Shown here one piece after another: positions 57,711 through 64,000 of a stretch of 64,000 nucleotides of DNA. The notes beneath the pieces are model-generated. The model was given only the letters and a program-made list of their open reading frames with translations. It did no database searches and was not told the DNA's origin. Every line of letters begins with the position of its first letter. Position 1 is the first letter of the stretch. A program made the translations under genes and the position numbers. This DNA comes from a virus (Duplodnaviria; Caudoviricetes), in the IMG/VR virus record IMGVR_UViG_2747842453_000002, positions 1-64,000 of that record. One strand, written 5' to 3'.

Positions 57711-58203
57711 AATAGTAACAGATAAATTTTGGATAATTGAAGATACTGGAATAAAACTTGGTATTATAAGAAAAGTAAAATCGGGTGACTATGAAATAAT
57801 TATGCAAGATACAAATGATATTGAAATCTTGTCATTCAATAATCTTGTCAAAAAATTTGGAAGTAAAATTCTAGAATCTCGCCAAGTTAAAAAAATTGAA
57901 AGTGTAGGCAAAGACAGTGGATATTCAATTGATGAAGTTGAAGGGTATCCATGTAAACATCGTGCATTCAATATAGAAACGATAGAATTAAAAGGTAAAC
58001 AAATTCCAACATATACAAAGAGTATCACAAGTAAAGTACGTTATGCAGCAGGATACTATGGAGTAAGATTTCCAAGTGATTGGAGATGGTTTTATGGTGG
58101 CAAACTTGATACATTAAATTCATGTAACTTTATAGGACCATATAAAACAAAATCTGAAATGCAAACAGAGACACTTATGGCAAATAAACGGGAAGTAGTA
58201 TAA
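57697..58203 (+). CDS. Hypothetical phage protein
   Basis: PTYTKS..YAAGYY..FIGPYKT; overlaps the upstream gene. Confidence 0.65.
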   Translation: MYTVEIVTDKFWIIEDTGIKLGIIRKVKSGDYEIIMQDTNDIEILSFNNLVKKFGSKILESRQVKKIESVGKDSGYSIDEVEGYPCKHRAFNIETIELKGKQIPTYTKSITSKVRYAAGYYGVRFPSDWRWFYGGKLDTLNSCNFIGPYKTKSEMQTETLMANKREVV

Positions 58204-58205
58204 AT

Positions 58206-58394
58206 ATGTCGTATACACAAATAAAAAGTTTTCTTATTTCGGTTAATAAATCTGCAGTTAGAAAAGATCCATATATTCGTATAAGTATGGAAGATGCAGT
58301 TAAATTACAAACAGAATTATCTCTACTTCTTATGGAATTAAAAGATACAAACACAACACCAAAAACAGTCACATTTGACGGGGGAAAATTTTAA
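58206..58394 (+). CDS. Hypothetical protein
   Basis: 62 aa ending DGGKF; coupled to its neighbours. Confidence 0.6.
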   Translation: MSYTQIKSFLISVNKSAVRKDPYIRISMEDAVKLQTELSLLLMELKDTNTTPKTVTFDGGKF

Positions 58395-58696
58395 TGCCAG
58401 ATTTTAACGCAGTTATGATTATAGGACACTTTGTTGTTTCTATATTTCAAATTCCACTAGGACAACCACTATATCAATTTATGCCATTTCCAAGTATGGA
58501 TAGATGCCAAGAATATGTACAATATGCAGTAACACAACCAGCAGGATTCACTATGGATCTAGAATATAAAATGTATAAGACAGCACAATGTGTTACAAAA
58601 GAAGAATTTCAAAGACAAATGGAATTGTATAATAAACAAAATGTAGCACCATCAACTCCAGAATTACCAGAAGAAAATAAGGATGGATGGAAATAA
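58394..58696 (+). CDS. Small membrane/secreted protein with a Cys pair
   Basis: Hydrophobic N-terminus; FPSMDRC...AQCV. Confidence 0.55.
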   Translation: MPDFNAVMIIGHFVVSIFQIPLGQPLYQFMPFPSMDRCQEYVQYAVTQPAGFTMDLEYKMYKTAQCVTKEEFQRQMELYNKQNVAPSTPELPEENKDGWK

Positions 58697-58733
58697 GATA
58701 AATATACTATAATACCAATAAGGAATATAGTAT

Positions 58734-59606
58734 ATGAAATATCTAAGTAAAGCACGTGAAGTCGCAATCTTAACAATAAAATCAACTTGGATATATAAAC
58801 AACTTATAAAACTTGTATCAAAACCTATGTATCTATTGCTAATTGTTGTAGTTATAGTGCTAGGTGGGTTGCACTTAAAAAACTATGTGAATTCATATAT
58901 AGCAGAATTTAAAAGACTAAATGATGCAGATGTGCAGGCAGAAAAACTAAAAGCAGAAGAAGAAAAGCATTTAGATTTTGTTAAGATAGATGATTTCTTA
59001 TACACATTAACTGGCAGTGTTGGTGATGGCGACTGTGACCGTATCGTTCCCAATATGCCAATGGACTTTACTGTTATTCTAGAAAGCCCAGGTGGCAATC
59101 TAGCAGAAGGATCTTGTATTGCAGCACACTTTAAATTAAGAAATGTTGTGACAGTTGTGCGTGATACACCAGTAATGAATGAAAACGGTAAAATTATATA
59201 CTCTCCAGGTAAAGTTGGAGATGAATTAGATATAGACCATCTAAAAAATAAAACAGTATGCGCAAGTGCATGTGGTCTTATGTTTTTAGGCGGAGATAGA
59301 AGATATCTTATAGGTGATGTTTGGTTCGGTATTCACGGACCAGGTACACCAGAACAATTTATTAGTAGAATGCCTGCTAGACAAGCAGAATCTGGGGCAT
59401 ATCGTACTGCTAGTAATCTCTTGGGATTATTAGAAGAACTTGGGGTTGACGATCCAGAAGTTCGTAAATTGTTTATACAAATCCCAAATCAAACTATGTA
59501 TTGGTTGAAACCAACTGACTTCAAAGCGAAGTCAGGACTAGTTTCTTTGGCAACAAATTATGTAAATTTTTGGGGTTTGACTACTGCAACACTTAATCCA
59601 GTATAA
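58734..59606 (+). CDS. Membrane-anchored ClpP/crotonase-fold protein
   Basis: N-terminal TM; LESPGGNL, CASACGLMFLGGDRR and GIHGP; late promoter at 58697. Confidence 0.65.
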   Translation: MKYLSKAREVAILTIKSTWIYKQLIKLVSKPMYLLLIVVVIVLGGLHLKNYVNSYIAEFKRLNDADVQAEKLKAEEEKHLDFVKIDDFLYTLTGSVGDGDCDRIVPNMPMDFTVILESPGGNLAEGSCIAAHFKLRNVVTVVRDTPVMNENGKIIYSPGKVGDELDIDHLKNKTVCASACGLMFLGGDRRYLIGDVWFGIHGPGTPEQFISRMPARQAESGAYRTASNLLGLLEELGVDDPEVRKLFIQIPNQTMYWLKPTDFKAKSGLVSLATNYVNFWGLTTATLNPV

Positions 59607-59637
59607 GGATAAGGTTGCCAAATAGGAGGACTACAAA

Positions 59638-60675
59638 ATGCTAAAGAGTTTCTTTTGGACTCCATCGCAATTTCTATATGCTTGGCTAATGCTTGCTTGG
59701 CTGTTATTCATTGGATGGTATAATGTTCAAATTCTAGTTTATTATAACGCATGGAACCGAGAGTTTTATGATGCTATACAAACACTACAAGAGGCAAGAT
59801 TTTGGGAACTATTCTGGAGTTTTAATCCAGTTAGACTATGGGAGTTTATCACGTTCAGTATGGACGAAACAACCACTGTTCCTAGTTTCTTAGAAATACT
59901 TCTTATCTATGTACCAATGGCAACGTATGCCACATGGCAAACACAACGATTTACATTCCGTTGGAGAGAAGCAAATACACATTACTATCTAAAGCGGTGG
60001 GAATCTTCTACAGCAAAGATTGAAGGTGGTTCACAGCGTATTCAAGAGGATCTAATGATCTTTGGTAAAACCCTACAATCACTATTCACTGGTTTTGTCA
60101 ATAAGATTTTCATTCTTGCTGCATTCTTACCTGTATTATGGACATTAAGTGAAGGTCTACCCGTTTGGAATGGTCAAATTATTCCTGGCTTTCTAGTTTG
60201 GGCTGCACTTATAATGAGTATAGGTGGAACACTATTATCATTCTTGCTAGGTATTAAACTTCCAGGTTTGGAATATAAAAACCAAGTAGTAGAAGCAAAG
60301 TTTCGTAAAAAACTTGTTCATAGTGAAGATGATTTTAAAGAACGATTATCAGAAGACTTGTTCCCAATGTTTGCATCCATCAAACGTAACTACTATCGCC
60401 TATTCAACTACTATATGGGCTTTGGTATATGGCAAACTGGATTTTCATTACTAGCAGGTAATGTTGCTATTGTAATATTAGCACCAAGTTATTTTGCACA
60501 GTTGATTACATTTGGTGTTCTTATTCAGGTGCTAAATGCATTTGGCAGAGTAGAAGGTGCACTAACATTCTTTATCGATAGATGGACAACGATTGTTGAT
60601 TTCCAATCTGTAATTAAACGATTAAGAGAGTTTAATAAAGTTCTTGATGAAGCAGATAATAACGCTACGTCCTAA
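59638..60675 (+). CDS. sbmA: SbmA/BacA-family peptide transporter
   Basis: NAWNREFYDAIQ, FRWR, IEGGSQRIQED, LPGLEYKNQVVEAKFRKKLV and LNAFGRV. Confidence 0.85.
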   Translation: MLKSFFWTPSQFLYAWLMLAWLLFIGWYNVQILVYYNAWNREFYDAIQTLQEARFWELFWSFNPVRLWEFITFSMDETTTVPSFLEILLIYVPMATYATWQTQRFTFRWREANTHYYLKRWESSTAKIEGGSQRIQEDLMIFGKTLQSLFTGFVNKIFILAAFLPVLWTLSEGLPVWNGQIIPGFLVWAALIMSIGGTLLSFLLGIKLPGLEYKNQVVEAKFRKKLVHSEDDFKERLSEDLFPMFASIKRNYYRLFNYYMGFGIWQTGFSLLAGNVAIVILAPSYFAQLITFGVLIQVLNAFGRVEGALTFFIDRWTTIVDFQSVIKRLREFNKVLDEADNNATS

Positions 60676-60700
60676 TAGCACAGTGTCAATATATCACATT

Positions 60701-60728
60701 AAAAAGCGTCTAAATTGGACGCTTTTTT
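60701..60728 (+). terminator. Bidirectional intrinsic terminator
   Basis: AAAAAGCGTCTA-AAT-TGGACGCTTTTTT. Confidence 0.85.
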
Positions 60729-60794
60729 ACATTATATCGGTACATAATTGTTAAATTTAGATAAATATGTTTAACAATCAAGGAATAAAATAAT

Positions 60795-61085
60795 ATGGCT
60801 AGACCTAAACCAAATATAATACTAGAGTACACTAATGCAAAGACGTATAGAAGTGAACAAGTACTACAGGCAGATGCAATATTTGCAGTATTCTATAAAG
60901 GAAAAGCAATAAATTTACGAAGCCTTAATAGTCTTGTAAATTTTCCTGGTCCTAAATATAAAAAAGTATCATTTTCTAATTCTGGACACGCATTCAATCT
61001 AGCAGAGAAACTAAATGATTTGTTCAAATGTGATGATTTTGAAGTTTTTAAATTGTCAGAAGGAGAAAAGTTATATCCAAAATAA
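60795..61085 (+). CDS. Hypothetical phage protein (MARPKP...)
   Basis: AAGGA RBS; late promoter at 60760; GPKYKKVSFSNSGHAFNLA. Confidence 0.7.
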   Translation: MARPKPNIILEYTNAKTYRSEQVLQADAIFAVFYKGKAINLRSLNSLVNFPGPKYKKVSFSNSGHAFNLAEKLNDLFKCDDFEVFKLSEGEKLYPK

Positions 61086-61095
61086 CTTATATAAA

Positions 61096-61461
61096 ATGAC
61101 AAAAAATGAACTAATAGAATATTTGAATAAAAATACATCTGGTAAAAAAGCAGGAAGAAAAGAATTTAGAATTAATGATATTTTTATTAGTTCATCAAAT
61201 CAAACCCAAAACTTTAGACTCACTGGTCTCGGCAAAGGTACAATGTCTAAATACTTTCAAAAATATGAATTAATTTTATATTCATCGTCTAAACTAGAGA
61301 CAGGATCACAAATAATAGAGTTAGATAAGTATATGAAAACGCCATACTATCTTAAAAATGGCAAACTTACTATTTTTGAAGAAACTCTTGCAGCAGAATT
61401 TGTGCTATTAAGCTGCGATTTTGATCTATGGATACAAAACAAAAAATTTGCACAATTATAA
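61096..61461 (+). CDS. Hypothetical protein
   Basis: FRLTGLG...PYYL; probable start at 61096. Confidence 0.6.
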   Translation: MTKNELIEYLNKNTSGKKAGRKEFRINDIFISSSNQTQNFRLTGLGKGTMSKYFQKYELILYSSSKLETGSQIIELDKYMKTPYYLKNGKLTIFEETLAAEFVLLSCDFDLWIQNKKFAQL

Positions 61462-61480
61462 ATTTCATGTAAAATAACTC

Positions 61481-61509
61481 TTGACTTCCATAACGAATCA
61501 CTCTATATA
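61481..61509 (+). promoter_or_regulatory. sigma70 promoter with CGAATC (GANTC) box
   Basis: TTGACT-N7-CGAATC-N4-TATATA. Confidence 0.75.
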
Positions 61510-61540
61510 TAATGTATAAGTTGGTCAAAAGGATAAGAAC

Positions 61541-61780
61541 ATGTCTACCGGTATTAATAACTTTATGAACGCAATATATAACGCTATTGGCACAGAGGTT
61601 AGTGGTTATTATAAAAATACTCCTTTTCTTGGCAAAATTATCTCTACACGTACAAAGTACGGCAATGATATCCAAGTGACTGTAGAGGATGATGATGGTC
61701 GCTGGTTTCTTATTGATGCAACCGAACTTCTAAATGGTGATACTAGTGTCTATACCAATCTTCATGTTTATTTAAAATAA
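61541..61780 (+). CDS. Small early hypothetical protein
   Basis: Own promoter and AAGGA RBS. Confidence 0.7.
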   Translation: MSTGINNFMNAIYNAIGTEVSGYYKNTPFLGKIISTRTKYGNDIQVTVEDDDGRWFLIDATELLNGDTSVYTNLHVYLK

Positions 61781-61793
61781 TTCAAGAAAGTTG

Positions 61794-61822
61794 TTGACAA
61801 TAGAAACGAATCGCTATATAAA
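61794..61822 (+). promoter_or_regulatory. sigma70 promoter with CGAATC (GANTC) box
   Basis: TTGACA-N7-CGAATC-N4-TATAAA. Confidence 0.8.
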
Positions 61823-61853
61823 GAATACATAGACAGTAATAAAGGGATATGAT

Positions 61854-62162
61854 ATGTTTGTTGTCAAAACACAAATTCTGGAAAATTATGGTGCACATTC
61901 AGCCGATGGCAAATTTTCAAATGGCAATGCTTACTGGAAAATGAAGGGCGGCAATGAATATATTGTGAACGATGTAGAACGTCCACAAGATGCTATGGCA
62001 TTTATTGCTGCAAAATATATGGTAAATGATCTGTATTGCAAAGAATTTCCGTTAGAAGCAATTACATGGAAAGAATGGCAGAACGAGTTAATGGATGTGG
62101 ACGAAGGTTATCGTGCTTTTCTAGTAGAAAATGCAATTCCAGTATCACCTCTCCAGTCTTAA
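61854..62162 (+). CDS. Small early hypothetical protein
   Basis: TQILENYGAH..YWKMKGG; own promoter. Confidence 0.7.
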   Translation: MFVVKTQILENYGAHSADGKFSNGNAYWKMKGGNEYIVNDVERPQDAMAFIAAKYMVNDLYCKEFPLEAITWKEWQNELMDVDEGYRAFLVENAIPVSPLQS

Positions 62163-62214
62163 AAAGTTCTTGACAGTGTAATCCAACTACGCTATACTAT
62201 AATAGTAATAAACA

Positions 62215-62421
62215 ATGAAAGAGAATCAAATGAACGTAAATTTTACAAAAATAACTGATATCGAATTTGAAGGTATCGATATGGCAGACTATCCTAAGTT
62301 CTGTGATGCGTATATTGAATCTGCTGTTATCGATGGCGTTGAAGCTACCGAAAAACAACTTGACGTAATCAACGCAGACTATTCGTTTGTCTACGAAAAA
62401 CTACAAGAGTGGTTATACTAA
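62215..62421 (+). CDS. Small early hypothetical protein
   Basis: GIDMADYPKFCDAYI; promoter TTGACA 62170-17-TATACT. Confidence 0.7.
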   Translation: MKENQMNVNFTKITDIEFEGIDMADYPKFCDAYIESAVIDGVEATEKQLDVINADYSFVYEKLQEWLY

Positions 62422-62425
62422 AAAC

Positions 62426-62454
62426 TTGACAAATATTTCGAATCACGCTATAGT
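62426..62454 (+). promoter_or_regulatory. sigma70 promoter with CGAATC (GANTC) box
   Basis: TTGACA-N7-CGAATC-N4-TATAGT. Confidence 0.8.
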
Positions 62455-62482
62455 ATATAAGTAATCAAAAAAGGAATACAAT

Positions 62483-63613
62483 ATGTCTGCAACTGTTTCA
62501 ACACATGATATGGATGTTCGTCTAGTTCGCCCAAGCGATATTCGTGAAGAAGTTAACTATGCAATGAATCGTAAGCGCCCTGTCTTTATTTGGGGACCTC
62601 CTGGTATTGGCAAATCTGAAATTGTAAGTTCTATTACGCAAGAACGCTCAGGCTATATGATTGATATGCGTCTTGCACTTATGGAGCCCACTGATTTGCG
62701 TGGTATTCCTGTTCCAAATATTGAGACTGGGCTTATGGAATGGTTGCCACCTGCTGATCTCCCTACTCAAGAACTTGCTGACCAATTTGATTGTGTTGTT
62801 TTATTCTTAGACGAAATGAACCAAGCACCGCAATCAGTACAGGCTGCAGCATATCAATTAATTCTTAATCGCCGCTTAGGGAATTATCATCTTCCCGACA
62901 ATGTTCTTATTGTTGCTGCTGGTAATCGGGAGAGCGACCGTGGTGTTGCGTATCGTATGCCTAGCGCACTTGCCAATCGCTTTGTTCACTTAGAAATGAC
63001 TACAGATTTCGAAGATTGGCAAGTTTGGGCATTACTTAACAATATGAATCCAGAAGTTATAGGCTATGTTACTGCTAATAAAATGGATCTAATGAACTTT
63101 GATCCTCGTACTGCTTCACGTGCATTTGCTACTCCTCGTTCATGGACTTTTGTTTCACAAATGCTTCCACAACCTGGCGAAGAAATTAGCACAAGCCGAT
63201 TGCATGATTTGATTGCTGGCACAGTAGGTGATGGCATTGCTACTAAGTTTATGGCTCACCGTGCACTAACAGGTAAACTTCCTAATCCAACTGATATCTT
63301 AAATGGAACAGTTACCACACTTTCACCTGAAGCGCGTGAAATCTCTGCTATGTTCTCACTAACTGCATCGCTATGCTACGAACTTAAAGATTTTCTAGAC
63401 CGCAATGGTAAAGAAAAAATGGAAGAGTTATATAAAATGGCTGATAATTTTTTCAACTTTATGATGGATAACTTTGAAACTGAAATGACTGTACTTGGTG
63501 GTCGCACCGCATTGAAAGTTTATAAACTGCCACTTGAGCCTCGCAAAGTTCCTTGCATTGAAAAGTTTTTCAAAAAATATGGCAAACTAATCATTGATGC
63601 ACACAATGCTTAA
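62483..63613 (+). CDS. MoxR-like AAA+ ATPase
   Basis: WGPPGIGKS, LFLDEMN, AAGN, ALANRF and TPRSW. Confidence 0.9.
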   Translation: MSATVSTHDMDVRLVRPSDIREEVNYAMNRKRPVFIWGPPGIGKSEIVSSITQERSGYMIDMRLALMEPTDLRGIPVPNIETGLMEWLPPADLPTQELADQFDCVVLFLDEMNQAPQSVQAAAYQLILNRRLGNYHLPDNVLIVAAGNRESDRGVAYRMPSALANRFVHLEMTTDFEDWQVWALLNNMNPEVIGYVTANKMDLMNFDPRTASRAFATPRSWTFVSQMLPQPGEEISTSRLHDLIAGTVGDGIATKFMAHRALTGKLPNPTDILNGTVTTLSPEAREISAMFSLTASLCYELKDFLDRNGKEKMEELYKMADNFFNFMMDNFETEMTVLGGRTALKVYKLPLEPRKVPCIEKFFKKYGKLIIDAHNA

Positions 63614-63617
63614 AAAT

Positions 63618-63644
63618 AAAAAGTGATCTTCGGATCACTTTTTT
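63618..63644 (+). terminator. Intrinsic terminator with cUUCGg loop
   Basis: AAAAAGTGATC-TTCG-GATCACTTTTTT. Confidence 0.9.
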
Positions 63645-63706
63645 CTTGACATATTATAAATACCTGTGATATGTTATTAAAGTAATCAGACACAAGGACG
63701 AATCAC

Positions 63707-64000
63707 ATGCGTATCGAACCAGAAAAAATTACAACTGAAGATGATTTTAATTCAGTGTTTGATGATTTACTTAAAGAAAATGGTATTGAAGTTGACGAAA
63801 ATTCAGAAGAACCAGTGGTATTTGAATACACCGACCTAGAAGTCAAAGAAATGATTGTATCTGGTCGTGTTCGTATGCTAATTAAGCATCCATTCTTCGG
63901 CACTCTTGCGACTCGTTTAAAACTAGTAGAAGCAGAATGGTGTCCAACCGCCGCGGTAGATGGTAAGCACTTCTATTATAACTCGGATTTCTTCCGTACA
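63707..64000 (+). CDS. DUF2201-type metallopeptidase/VWA partner of the AAA ATPase, 3' truncated
   Basis: MRIEPEK...HPFFGTLATRL..CPTAAVDGKHFYYN; AAGGA RBS. Confidence 0.75.
   Translation, partial: MRIEPEKITTEDDFNSVFDDLLKENGIEVDENSEEPVVFEYTDLEVKEMIVSGRVRMLIKHPFFGTLATRLKLVEAEWCPTAAVDGKHFYYNSDFFRT

Overview
AT-rich segment of a large T4-like dsDNA phage genome, almost entirely + strand. The host is probably a marine alphaproteobacterium (inferred from GANTC-bearing promoters and the IscA, BacA and DUF465 homologs). In order, the window holds: (1) collagen and FG-GAP fibre genes; (2) a holin-like gene, a RyR-domain gene, hscB/iscA and a MotA/ExbB-ExbD-like trio; (3) a T5orf172-helicase with a split adenine methyltransferase; (4) six tRNAs plus a non-canonical tRNA-like RNA; (5) a late-promoter 12-gene cluster of oxygenases, desaturase, PLP enzyme, MTase, GNAT and sulfotransferase; (6) paralogous Mtd_N/LamG receptor-binding proteins; (7) putative head-packaged modular polyproteins carrying a nucleotidyltransferase, an RpoD region-4 fragment and GNATs; (8) replication genes (dsbA-like, family B polymerase, clamp-like, RNase H), an autotransporter-like gene, a queE pseudogene, a PMM-like HAD, SbmA/BacA and MoxR/DUF2201. 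The strongest candidates for undescribed biology are the cassette-built E-linker polyproteins, the sigma70 promoters with a fixed-position CcrM/GcrA-type GANTC box, the late oxygenase tailoring cluster, the tRNA-top-half RNA and the phage-encoded ion-motor trio. All annotations come from motif recognition by eye; no searches were run.
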